Source: Euryarchaeota archaeon UBA229 (lineage in GTDB: Archaea; Thermoplasmatota; Poseidoniia; Poseidoniales; Poseidoniaceae). Taken from it: a stretch of DNA of 44,644 bases. This document shows, piece after piece, positions 25,760 through 35,409 of the stretch (position 1 is the first letter of the stretch; each line of letters starts with the position of its first letter). A program made the translations under genes and the position numbers. Where the stretch lies: assembly GCA_002505355.1 (NCBI GenBank), contig DAUW01000131.1, forward strand, positions 1-44,644, read 5' to 3'. The notes under the pieces are model-generated. The model was not told the DNA's origin, did no database searches, and saw only the letters and a list, made by a program, of their open reading frames with translations.

Positions 25760-27725
25760 TAAACCGAGAATAATTCAATTAGATGATGAGACAATAGGTC
25801 ACATTGCTGCTGGGGAGGTTGTGGAAAGACCCGCTCAAGTAGTTAAGGAACTGTTAGAAAATTGCCTAGATGCACAATCAAGTCAAATCGATATTGTGAT
25901 TGAAAACGGTGGTTTTGATTGTATTACGATAACAGATAACGGCCGTGGTATTGATGAAGCAGATATTGGCCTGTCTGTCGATCGTCACGCTACCTCCAAA
26001 TTGAACTCATTTGATGATTTGAATGAGATATACACCATGGGTTTTCGCGGTGAGGCGTTAGCCAGTATAGGCATGGTTTCCGAGTTGAGCGTTGCCAGTA
26101 AGACTCGGGAGGGGGTTGGAAAAATTGTGTTTGTAGATTATGGAAAAAAAGGCAAGATAGAGCCACACGGGATGTCTTTTGGCACGACAGTCACCGTACG
26201 AAACCTGTTTAAAAATACCCCCGCAAGGCTCTCTTTTCAGAGACGACCCGCGACTGAGAATAGTAAGATTGTCGACGTAATTGTATCACACGCAATTGCC
26301 AATAATTCCGTCGGATTCAAACTTGTCTCTGACGAAAAAACCATCCTAAATATTCCAGCCTCAGAAACGACGGCAGATAGGCTGTACGACATTCTTGGCG
26401 GCCAAGCCTCTCAACTGATTGAGTTAAATTCGCCAATTCAAGACAGCAATGTTCCGGGAACCGAGCAATGGACAGGTTGGATAAGCACTCCAGATATTAC
26501 CCGTGGCAAAGGGGACGAAATCTACATCTTAATCAATGATCGTCCGGTTGCCTCCGGACCATTTCATCAGGCAATTAAGCGAGGTTATAAAACAAGATTA
26601 ATGCAGGGCAGACACCCAATTGCAGTATTATCACTGACTTTACCTGCATCAGAGGTAGATGTCAATGTACACCCAACAAAGCGAGAAGTTCGGCTCAAAC
26701 ATTCATGGCGAGTCTTGGAAAGACTGGAACGTGCTATCGCTTTCACACTCGAGGATGTTATAACAAATGTGGAGCCAGATGGCAGCATTATTGGGATTAC
26801 ATCAGCAAAACAGAATGTTAAGTCAATAGGCGAATCGTTGGAAAATAGAGGTATTCATTCGGAGATGGGAAGTAAAATCGACGCAGCGCAGAGTGATGTA
26901 CCAGCGTGGGCACTTGCTGCAGGAACCCAACTTAACCTTACGGGAATCAAGGCCAAAGAACCAGTCAAAGTTGTAAAACCACGCCCAGTTTCAACCTCAG
27001 AGAGACCGCAAGAAACCTTACCAGGATTACCTGAAAGACCTGTTTCTCCTGCGCTATCAAGCGCAGAGAGAGCTATTCACAGACATGCTGGCAGCAGCAC
27101 ACCAATCTCCCCACTGGAGGAAGAAGAATTACGCGGGATGGAGAATATCATTCCGCACATGGAACCTCTGGCTCAGTTTGCTGACTCTTACATTATAGTC
27201 CAATCCAATGATGAGTTACTACTTATCGACCAACATGCTCTACATGAGAGAGTTAGATATGAACGGTTGAAACGTTCCGAACGCGAGTGGTCAGCTCAAA
27301 GTCTCATCACTCCGATTGAAATTTCACTAGGTCCTGTTCAAATTGAAATAGTCAAATCCTCTATAGAAAACATAACTAAATTGGGTTTCAAACTAAATCA
27401 CACGGGGACTAACATAACTATTTCATCATACCCACTGTTTATCAAGGGACAAGATATTGAGCAGATTTTTAGGGATTTATTGCAGGATTTAGGTGACGAC
27501 GGCGGACCGCTTGAAACATTAGAAAATTTACGAGTTCACATGGCTTTGATGAATGCATGTCGAGGGGCAATAAAAGCCAATCAAAAATTGACTATCGCTG
27601 AGATGCGTAGACTGATTGATGACATGAGAAAAATTCCCAACCCGTGGGCCTGTATTCACGGCAGGCCCACAGCACTTAGAATAAATATCGACTCATTAGA
27701 TCATCATTTTGGCCGAGATGGATAA
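25752..27725 (+). CDS. mutL: DNA mismatch repair endonuclease MutL
   Basis: IAAGEVVERP, DNG.G, GFRGEALAS and DVNVHP. Endonuclease motifs DQHALHERVRYE, ACR and CIHGRP. Confidence 0.97.
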   Translation: MDSKPRIIQLDDETIGHIAAGEVVERPAQVVKELLENCLDAQSSQIDIVIENGGFDCITITDNGRGIDEADIGLSVDRHATSKLNSFDDLNEIYTMGFRGEALASIGMVSELSVASKTREGVGKIVFVDYGKKGKIEPHGMSFGTTVTVRNLFKNTPARLSFQRRPATENSKIVDVIVSHAIANNSVGFKLVSDEKTILNIPASETTADRLYDILGGQASQLIELNSPIQDSNVPGTEQWTGWISTPDITRGKGDEIYILINDRPVASGPFHQAIKRGYKTRLMQGRHPIAVLSLTLPASEVDVNVHPTKREVRLKHSWRVLERLERAIAFTLEDVITNVEPDGSIIGITSAKQNVKSIGESLENRGIHSEMGSKIDAAQSDVPAWALAAGTQLNLTGIKAKEPVKVVKPRPVSTSERPQETLPGLPERPVSPALSSAERAIHRHAGSSTPISPLEEEELRGMENIIPHMEPLAQFADSYIIVQSNDELLLIDQHALHERVRYERLKRSEREWSAQSLITPIEISLGPVQIEIVKSSIENITKLGFKLNHTGTNITISSYPLFIKGQDIEQIFRDLLQDLGDDGGPLETLENLRVHMALMNACRGAIKANQKLTIAEMRRLIDDMRKIPNPWACIHGRPTALRINIDSLDHHFGRDG

Positions 27726-27729
27726 TCAA

Positions 27730-29049
27730 CTATTCCAAGCCAAGACGCCGCATGAATTCTTCATCAGCAATTGAGTGTAGGCCTTTGCCAATCAGTTCCC
27801 CACCGAATTTGGTCATTAGGAGTACTGCAGTCATGAATAGTCTGTGATCATTATGGCAGTTTACTGCTTGCTGCGGAGATTTAGGCACTTGTCCTCCATC
27901 AATTACCAGACCATCGCCATCAATTGTTACAGTCAAGCCAAACAATCCAAGGAGTTCAACGGTTTTTTCGATTCTATTGCTCTCTTTGTAAATCGTATGA
28001 GAGATACCAAATATTCTGCCGCCGCCTGAAATTGCTAACATGGCTGATAGTGGAGTTATTAGATCGTTACAATCGGTCAAATCGTAAATCGCATAGTCAG
28101 AATCACTAATGTTGGTAATTGTGTTGCCATCCCAACTTATCCCTAGAGATGGTGCCATTTCATGCAATAACTCGTTGCCCAATAAATCGTGTATGTTGGG
28201 CCAATTGAACAAATTGACTGGACAATTGTGTAATTTTGCCAGCAAAATGGCAAAGCTAGCGATTGATGAATCTCCCGGTATCAGATACTCATTGTTGAGT
28301 GTCGGTGCCCATTTAGGCAAATCGAAACTAGCTTCACGCTGCGTAATGTTTGCACCGCATTCATTACACAATCTTTGCGTGAGCATGAAGTGTTTGTTCG
28401 AAACAGTTTCTCCGGTGATGTTCAATGTAACATCACAGGGGAATAGGGCACTAGCAATCATCAAAGAAGTCAATGGTTGGCTAGATTTACTACAATCAAC
28501 GACGATGGTTTTGTGTGAGGTTTCCCCGCCAAACCACGGACCCTGAACGTTGATAGGAAGATATCGCTGCGTGACCTTTTCTGCTATGACTTTTGATTGC
28601 TGTAGTGATGCGAGAATTGCCCCATTATTTCGGTTTGACAACGACTCATCTCCGGCAATAATCACCGACTCCTTCATTGATGCCACCAAGCCAATAATTA
28701 TGCGTAGTGCTGTCCCAGAGTTTCCACAGAAAACTTCTGGATGTAGTTTGGTGAAACCTTGGTCACCGATACCGTTAATTGTGAATTTTGCGCCATCATC
28801 TGTCCCTACCTCACTAACATTCACTCCCAAGCTTTGCAGTGAACTTATCATTGATTTAATGTCACTACCGATACTGCCTTTGACCAATAAATCAGTCGTA
28901 CCTTTATTGATCGAGGATATTGCTAATAATCTAATCATGTGGCTTTTTGATGGTGGCAAATAATAGTCGACAGATTCAAAATTGGTTTTTGGTATAACTA
29001 CGCGACCCGTGAATGACTTTTCAATCGGCCTATCCCGCTGGTCACTCAC
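27730..29049 (-). CDS. aroA: 3-phosphoshikimate 1-carboxyvinyltransferase (EPSP synthase)
   Basis: PPSKSH, GNSGTALR, SSQ, PGD.S, KESNR and DHR motifs. Confidence 0.88.
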   Translation of the reverse strand: MSDQRDRPIEKSFTGRVVIPKTNFESVDYYLPPSKSHMIRLLAISSINKGTTDLLVKGSIGSDIKSMISSLQSLGVNVSEVGTDDGAKFTINGIGDQGFTKLHPEVFCGNSGTALRIIIGLVASMKESVIIAGDESLSNRNNGAILASLQQSKVIAEKVTQRYLPINVQGPWFGGETSHKTIVVDCSKSSQPLTSLMIASALFPCDVTLNITGETVSNKHFMLTQRLCNECGANITQREASFDLPKWAPTLNNEYLIPGDSSIASFAILLAKLHNCPVNLFNWPNIHDLLGNELLHEMAPSLGISWDGNTITNISDSDYAIYDLTDCNDLITPLSAMLAISGGGRIFGISHTIYKESNRIEKTVELLGLFGLTVTIDGDGLVIDGGQVPKSPQQAVNCHNDHRLFMTAVLLMTKFGGELIGKGLHSIADEEFMRRLGLE

Positions 29050-29122
29050 ATATTATCCTAGAACTCATTAATCATCAATGCTTGTAAAACAGTTGAATAA
29101 CCTCAAACAAGTAGTCATCTTC

Positions 29123-30124
29123 ATGACGGCAGATTCCCTCGGTAGGCCACTGAAGGATTTGCGTATATCTATAACCGATAGATGTAACTTCAGATGCGAT
29201 TACTGTATGCCACCTGAAAAATTTGGGCTTGGATATGAGTTCTTACCTCGAAGTGAAATATTAAGTTTTGAAGATATCATTTTACTAGTAAAAGCAATGC
29301 TGCCATTAGGATTAGAAAAAGTAAGAATTACCGGTGGTGAACCGTTACTGCGAAAAGGTATTGAGAAGTTAATTTCAATGATTAGAGAGTGTGATTATGG
29401 CTTGGATATTGCATTAACAACCAACGGCAGTCTGTTGAGTAAATTTGCGAGAAAACTTGCTGTTTCGGGATTGGATCGAGTGACCATTAGTCTCGATGCG
29501 ATTGATGATGACATTGTCCAAGATATCTCAAATTCTAATATCGGCTCAAATGATATAATCTCAGGCGTTAAATCCGCAATAGATGCGGGTCTAGCCGTCA
29601 AGATAAACACTGTAATAATCAGAAACTACAATGAGAATCAAATCGTTCCTATTGTCAAGGAATTCTATAGATTGGGTGTTATAGTAAGATTCATTGAATA
29701 TATGGATGTTGGTGGAACTAAAGATTGGAATCCTGAACAGGTAGTATTTGGCGATGAAATACGTTCAATAATTGCCAAAGATTATGGAGAATTAGTTCCA
29801 GTTAAACCAGAAAAATACGGTGAAGTTGCTAACCGATGGGCTTTGAGTGATGGATATCAGATTGGCTTTATTGAATCAATATCAAAGCCATTCTGTCAAT
29901 CCTGTACACGCGCAAGAATCGCTGCCAACGGAAAACTGTACACCTGCCTTTTTGCTGAGCGTGGTCATGATCTAAAATCCCTTATCAAACTAGGGGCCAA
30001 CGTCGGTGATTTGCAAGCTGCCATCAGTAAGATATGGTTTAACCGTGATGATAAGTACTCTGAAATCCGTCATCTAAACAATCTTGATAAGACGCCTGTT
30101 GAGATGCATTTTATCGGTGGTTAA
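29123..30124 (+). CDS. moaA: GTP 3',8-cyclase MoaA
   Basis: LRISITDRCNFRCDYC radical SAM motif, TGGEPL, RFIEYM, FCQSCTRAR...C and C-terminal MHFIGG. Confidence 0.95.
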   Translation: MTADSLGRPLKDLRISITDRCNFRCDYCMPPEKFGLGYEFLPRSEILSFEDIILLVKAMLPLGLEKVRITGGEPLLRKGIEKLISMIRECDYGLDIALTTNGSLLSKFARKLAVSGLDRVTISLDAIDDDIVQDISNSNIGSNDIISGVKSAIDAGLAVKINTVIIRNYNENQIVPIVKEFYRLGVIVRFIEYMDVGGTKDWNPEQVVFGDEIRSIIAKDYGELVPVKPEKYGEVANRWALSDGYQIGFIESISKPFCQSCTRARIAANGKLYTCLFAERGHDLKSLIKLGANVGDLQAAISKIWFNRDDKYSEIRHLNNLDKTPVEMHFIGG

Positions 30125-30615
30125 TTTTCAATGATAACCAGTTTGACATCAAACAGTAATACATCTGAACTTCGGTCAATCAATTTCATACTCCAAGTTC
30201 CATCTTTAGCACCTAAGGTTTCCGAATCGATAACAAAATAATCTCCTTGCGTTACTGAGTAGCCTGCATCGCGGTCATGAAAAGATATGTTTGAGCCAAT
30301 TGCCCCGTAGACATCAGGTTCATCAACAAAACCGCGGTGCTCTCTTGAATTCAAATCCGCTTCGTTATAGACTTGAAATTCCAATCTAGCAGGATCAAGA
30401 GCCTGGTCGAGGCTGGTAATCCTGACTACGTGAAAGCCATTTGATAATCCCTTAACGCTGACTGTCACATCTGGTTCAGATTTTTCAACTGAATTTATTG
30501 CACCTTGCATCATGACAAAAACCATACTTGAAAGCATGACTGTAATCGCTAGTAACAAGACGGTAGCAATCACCGGGCTCACCGCCTCATCATCAAGAGC
30601 TTGGCGATTGTCCAT
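30121..30615 (-). CDS. Archaeal type IV pilin-like protein (class III signal peptide)
   Basis: DDEA/VSPVIATVLLLAITV N-terminus, typical of archaeal pilins (Pilin_N/DUF1628-type). Confidence 0.85.
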   Translation of the reverse strand: MDNRQALDDEAVSPVIATVLLLAITVMLSSMVFVMMQGAINSVEKSEPDVTVSVKGLSNGFHVVRITSLDQALDPARLEFQVYNEADLNSREHRGFVDEPDVYGAIGSNISFHDRDAGYSVTQGDYFVIDSETLGAKDGTWSMKLIDRSSDVLLFDVKLVIIEN

Positions 30616-30694
30616 GGAATACCGTGCACATCATCTGACTTGAATCAACCGGCTGATTTCAAGTACATACTATTACTTGTGAGTATTAACCTGG

Positions 30695-31672
30695 TTACAG
30701 TTTTCTGGTTGTGGCATATTCTGCCACATTTTCTAGTAGTAACTTGGCATTAGATTTGGGAAAGACTTTCAGGTGATTAATCGCTCTTTCAAAATGATTG
30801 TTGATGAGTATTTTTGTATAATTAAAACTGTCAGATTTCTCTAATAATTGAATCAACTCATCTAGCAATTCATCGCTGAAGTCATTGATTATCTCTGCCA
30901 ATCGTTCCCGATTTTTACCATGAGACAATGTTAGTGAGTGGATCAGTGGTAAGGTCATCTTGCCCTCATGAACATCTGTTCCACGCGGTTTACCAATTTG
31001 GTCATCACCTAGTAAATCAAGCAAGTCGTCTACAAGCTGGTATGCGATACCAATTTCATTACCAAATTCTTCCAGTGCGTGTAACTGTTCGGCTGAGGCA
31101 TTAGCAACTATCCCAGCACTGCGACAACCGGATGCAAAAGGACCCGCAGTCTTACCTTTGACTATGCTGATGTAATCTTCAGGTGAGGTTTTGAGATTTT
31201 GAATATGGTCGATTTGCGAAAATTCAGACACCGCTATGCTGGAGCAACAGTTCGCTATGTTGGATACAATATCTTGATTATACTGACCGCCTAAGGCATA
31301 ACCTTGGACAAACAACCAATCTCCAGCGATTATTGCTTTTGACAAACCGGCTGTTTCGTGGATTGTGGGGATACCTCTGCGGTGAGTAGCCCCGTCATTA
31401 ATATCATCGTGAACTAGAGTGGCAGTGTGAAGGAACTCAAAAGCCATGGCTAACGGCATAATTTTTGATAGGTCTCTACCACCTGCAATTTCATATGATA
31501 AACACATCATAATCGGTCTCAAACGCTTACCGCCAGCCAGTAAAATTCTTCCGGATAATTCTACAACTTCGCCAGAATCTATCCTTGAAGCTATCATCTC
31601 TTCTAACGCCGTATCAATCTGTTGACGCAGTGACTCTAGCCCTTGCTCAACTACTGACTGAATGCGCGCCAT
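30695..31672 (-). CDS. Polyprenyl diphosphate synthase (probably medium/long chain)
   Basis: GGKRLRP, first aspartate-rich motif HDDIND..RRG, KT, second motif YQLVDDLLD and D..EGK.TLP. Confidence 0.92.
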   Translation of the reverse strand: MARIQSVVEQGLESLRQQIDTALEEMIASRIDSGEVVELSGRILLAGGKRLRPIMMCLSYEIAGGRDLSKIMPLAMAFEFLHTATLVHDDINDGATHRRGIPTIHETAGLSKAIIAGDWLFVQGYALGGQYNQDIVSNIANCCSSIAVSEFSQIDHIQNLKTSPEDYISIVKGKTAGPFASGCRSAGIVANASAEQLHALEEFGNEIGIAYQLVDDLLDLLGDDQIGKPRGTDVHEGKMTLPLIHSLTLSHGKNRERLAEIINDFSDELLDELIQLLEKSDSFNYTKILINNHFERAINHLKVFPKSNAKLLLENVAEYATTRKL

Positions 31673-31755
31673 GTGTCAACCACATGGGGTGCCCTTCTTA
31701 ACCAATGGTCTACGCCCGTAAATCGTTCGGATTAGTCCGAGCCGAGGTAATTTAG

Positions 31756-32910
31756 ATGGAAGACAAACCCAGATTAGAGGTTTTGACAACCCCCTCAAGT
31801 TACGACGGCGTACGATTACAAATCGAAAATGCAATCGTGCAAAACCGAGATTATTACAATTTTAAAATGACAGAATTACCCCATATGGAAGTTGCCGTTG
31901 AGAGTTTGAAAAAGGGTGCAGCAGATTTACTGGCAATGAGTATTAACCAATGGAAATCTATTGATAATGAGGGACTACAAATTTCGGCATTCTTAGCAAG
32001 AAGAGAACCTACTTGGGTGTTGGTTGCCGATGATAAACCGGAATACTTGCCCTATGGCGGCATAGTTGTCTGTGACAAGAAACTTATCAAGCGGCAGATA
32101 CTAAGGATGCGAGAAGATCTATCGATACTTGATATGACGAGTTTCTTAAGCACCTATTTTGCTGAAGTTGATGCTGAATCGATAGATGTGAATGAAGAAT
32201 TAGACCTATTGGAAAAATCAAGGGAAGACGGTTTAATTGATGGTTACATAATCTCAAGAGGTAAATTTAGTCAGATTAAATCAAGAGTAAGGCGTCATAC
32301 GTTGGGAATGCAAAGAGAAAAGCCGTCTCAGGAATTTGAACGCTCTAAATTTATCTCACCGCCGTTGGAAGGTTTTACTGTACTGGTATCGAGAGTCGGA
32401 TTTCCTAATCCTACTTTGGACAGATTGAATGATAAAGCGGCTGAAATATGCTACTCTGTTGAAAATTCCATATTTGAATCTCTATCCGATGAATTGAAAG
32501 AAATTTCCGGAATATTTGTTGAACAGAAGAAACTCTCTACCATTCTAAAGCAGTATGTCAAATTAATTGACGATTCGTATGCCCTTAAGATTGGTGAGAA
32601 CTATTTGATACCCAGTAGCAAAAAGAGTCGTGACTCAAGAACAAAGTGGAACCCATCGAAGGATTTGATTCAGGGTCCAAGAATATGTATTTACTTTGAG
32701 GTTGTGGGTAGCGATAGTAAGGTCTCACTTGAATTAGTCCGGATTGAGCCGCTGCATGATAACAAATTTGACCGTGGTAAAAATGTGTTAATAACCGAGA
32801 TTAAATTCACTGTTGATTTAATGTTGAAGCAACACGACGAATTGAGGCGGCTTATTAGTGGCCTACCAGAGGATTATGCTTTGCCAAAGTCCGGTTTATT
32901 GAAGTTGTAG
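31756..32910 (+). CDS. HemC (hydroxymethylbilane synthase)-fold protein lacking catalytic residues
   Basis: Colinear with HemC segments (G.AD...S, GL......R.EP...LV, LP.G.IV, Q....R.DL, G..DG.II, F..P...G, L..LN), but active-site residues are replaced. Confidence 0.65.
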   Translation: MEDKPRLEVLTTPSSYDGVRLQIENAIVQNRDYYNFKMTELPHMEVAVESLKKGAADLLAMSINQWKSIDNEGLQISAFLARREPTWVLVADDKPEYLPYGGIVVCDKKLIKRQILRMREDLSILDMTSFLSTYFAEVDAESIDVNEELDLLEKSREDGLIDGYIISRGKFSQIKSRVRRHTLGMQREKPSQEFERSKFISPPLEGFTVLVSRVGFPNPTLDRLNDKAAEICYSVENSIFESLSDELKEISGIFVEQKKLSTILKQYVKLIDDSYALKIGENYLIPSSKKSRDSRTKWNPSKDLIQGPRICIYFEVVGSDSKVSLELVRIEPLHDNKFDRGKNVLITEIKFTVDLMLKQHDELRRLISGLPEDYALPKSGLLKL

Positions 32911-32911
32911 A

Positions 32912-33484
32912 CTATTCCGACTCAATGTTCACCAAGTCTTCAACCAACTTATCAAAACCTTGGTTGGAAATGTAATTCTCTAATTCAATTAATTCAGAAG
33001 GTGATTGATCGTCACACAGATCATTAATCGATTGATCTATATCTCGGGCAATTCGCTCCCAGGTTCCGGCAAATCGTTGTAAGTCTGAGGCAAATCTTTC
33101 TACTGCCTCTACCGCAGACATATTTGGGTGCAGTATCAGTGAAATATCTGAAGAAATCTTGTCATTGGCCAATTTTAATCGATTAATATCGGTATACACT
33201 TCAACCATCGTGGCTCTAAGTTCCGCTAGATTGTTGTTTTTGGAAAATTTCCTTTGTGCCCTCTCGACCACTTTTTTCATGCTACCAATTCCTGCTACCA
33301 TAGCCTCTCTCGCTTTTGACGATTCAAGTATTGCTTGTTCTGCCTCGCTCATTCTTTGGGTTATTGCGTCATCTAGCCCACTCAAATTCTTTTTGAAATC
33401 ATTACGAATCGTCTCTGCTAAGGAATCCGATAAAGAATTAGTTTCCTTGATTGCAGTCTTTGCAGATTTGTAACTACGACTCAT
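32912..33484 (-). CDS. Hypothetical all-helical/coiled-coil protein (~190 aa)
   Basis: Amphipathic helical pattern. Start moved to ATG 33484 to avoid overlap with the divergent gene. Confidence 0.7.
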   Translation of the reverse strand: MSRSYKSAKTAIKETNSLSDSLAETIRNDFKKNLSGLDDAITQRMSEAEQAILESSKAREAMVAGIGSMKKVVERAQRKFSKNNNLAELRATMVEVYTDINRLKLANDKISSDISLILHPNMSAVEAVERFASDLQRFAGTWERIARDIDQSINDLCDDQSPSELIELENYISNQGFDKLVEDLVNIESE

Positions 33485-33637
33485 GGTTGGAACCACCGTG
33501 CCTACATGCGGGCTTAACTGCCAAGTATACAATACCTTTGCGGAGGGCAAAAAACCCCTGTGAAATGTAAAAAAAATGCTTGGAAGATAGCGAAACCACA
33601 TATACTGCTTTGTATGCATATCAATCAAGGTGGTAGA

Positions 33638-35407
33638 ATGACCGACAAAGTGGACCTTCTTTGCGAATTGTACCAAGCCCGCTTTGACCGCCTGAAAGAG
33701 ATTGCCTCAATCAGTGATTTACCAAAAAATGGTCCTGTTGAAGTAGTGAGGGCCAGACTAATCAAAAACCTAGTTCTAGCTGATTGGGACTTATCAGAAG
33801 ATAATATTAAATCAATCAAAAACAAGAGTTTGGGAGAGATACTTGGTGTCTTCGGACTTAAGAAATCTGGCTCTATCAGGGAGCGCCGGCAAAGATTATA
33901 CTTACACCTGTATCAAGATCCAAAAATTCTGACCGCTGAAAATTTGGATGCGCTGAACAAGCAGGAAATCCACACCTTGTGTAAAATTCTTGAATTGCCT
34001 CTGACAGGTGATAAGCAAACGTTGCTCGTTAGGGTCGCAGGAGTACTGGCATCTCAACAGGGCTCATGGGGTAGGGTAAAGAAATCGCTGAAGCGTAAAA
34101 ACGATAACGCGAAAGCTAAAATCGTCATACCGCACCCATCTGATGATGATGAGCAAAATACTGTCAATATACAAGATAGCGTCGATAAATTCATTCAAGA
34201 ACACCCCGATGGCTGGAGTTTCGAGGATGAGTCACAACTAAGAAATGACTTAGCAGAAGATGGCTTAGATACTTCCCTCGTCGAGGTAGCAAACTCAATT
34301 GATAATGCCCTAAAAACCGGTCAACAAGATGATTATGATGAGATACCAGTGCCGCAAATGAATCAGACAGCACCAAGCATCGTTAATGAAACCGCAATAG
34401 ACACGTTAGAACGTGAAGCAGCGATAATCGAGGTCGATTCTAGGATGGCTGAAATAGAGTCTGCGGCCCGAGACTTCCTGACCGTAAGCTCCACGGCAAA
34501 CAGTGAGGATTTTGAATCTTTCATCTCTAGTTTATCTAGTCACGGTATACCAGTTGATGTAATGTCAGTACGTGCTTACTTAACAGATATCATCATGAAA
34601 CTAGAATTTAAAATTGAATCAGAAAAAAGTGCTGTTAATGCAATGCCTAACTCATGGTCAGAACGTGAGGCGATAAGACAATTTGAGAATTCTAGAAGTT
34701 CTCTGCGAGACCAATTGACCAACACGATTGACCTGCATGATGGTGATTTAGTCAAGGCAAGAATGAGTTTTGAAGACATTGCAAAATCAATGGGACTCGA
34801 CTTGAGGATTCCAAGTATATCTGGCCGGCTGCATGCACTATTTGATTTACACATTGAATTATCCGAGGCAGAAGGATTACAAGATCCTAACATTGCCAGA
34901 AGAAATAGAGTACTGAAAGTACTACATCATGGATCGGTTCACTTGACACCTGAGGAACGTCGGGTCATTGACCGCTTAGAAAGAAACATTGTAGCATTTG
35001 AACAGTTAATTGAAACCGTCATGGAGTCCTCTGAGGGCCATTTCACAGAGTCACAACAAGCCTTAGTAATCCGCTTCTTGGAGTCAAGAGGTTACGATGT
35101 TAATACGCCAGATTTACGTCCAAAGATACTGGCTTCTGCTGGAATCATTGGTGCTGAATTAGGTTTCATATCCCCTGCCGATATTCCAAAAATTGCGCCC
35201 GGTGTTGTCTTGTCAGAATCTGAGGTTGACTCTATTATTACGGAGTTGAAGACCTTGGCTGATAGTTTCAGACCGAGTAAAGCCACATCAACTATTGATG
35301 ATGTCATTGCTGAAGACGAGGACTTGATCGATGCTGGTGAGAGATTAAAATCCGCAAAGGAAAAGATTGACCATATCGATGATGTACTTGCTAGGCTGCG
35401 AGGGTAA
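33638..35407 (+). CDS. Protein with three tandem N-terminal SAP (HeH) domains and an acidic helical C-terminus
   Basis: Three repeats of L.......L...G....L/V..R: LKEIASISDLPKNGPVEVVRARL, LGEILGVFGLKKSGSIRERRQRL and IHTLCKILELPLTGDKQTLLVRV. AGGTGG RBS precedes ATG 33638. Confidence 0.75.
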   Translation: MTDKVDLLCELYQARFDRLKEIASISDLPKNGPVEVVRARLIKNLVLADWDLSEDNIKSIKNKSLGEILGVFGLKKSGSIRERRQRLYLHLYQDPKILTAENLDALNKQEIHTLCKILELPLTGDKQTLLVRVAGVLASQQGSWGRVKKSLKRKNDNAKAKIVIPHPSDDDEQNTVNIQDSVDKFIQEHPDGWSFEDESQLRNDLAEDGLDTSLVEVANSIDNALKTGQQDDYDEIPVPQMNQTAPSIVNETAIDTLEREAAIIEVDSRMAEIESAARDFLTVSSTANSEDFESFISSLSSHGIPVDVMSVRAYLTDIIMKLEFKIESEKSAVNAMPNSWSEREAIRQFENSRSSLRDQLTNTIDLHDGDLVKARMSFEDIAKSMGLDLRIPSISGRLHALFDLHIELSEAEGLQDPNIARRNRVLKVLHHGSVHLTPEERRVIDRLERNIVAFEQLIETVMESSEGHFTESQQALVIRFLESRGYDVNTPDLRPKILASAGIIGAELGFISPADIPKIAPGVVLSESEVDSIITELKTLADSFRPSKATSTIDDVIAEDEDLIDAGERLKSAKEKIDHIDDVLARLRG

Positions 35408-35409
35408 AC

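Noticed and set aside
27730-29049. Inactive AroA
   Set aside because: The sequence is divergent, but the KS, GT..R, SSQ, D, KE..R and DHR catalytic motifs are all present.
33485-33676. Apparent head-to-head overlap of the 254-aa and 615-aa ORFs
   Set aside because: It disappears with the more plausible ATG starts at 33484 and 33638.
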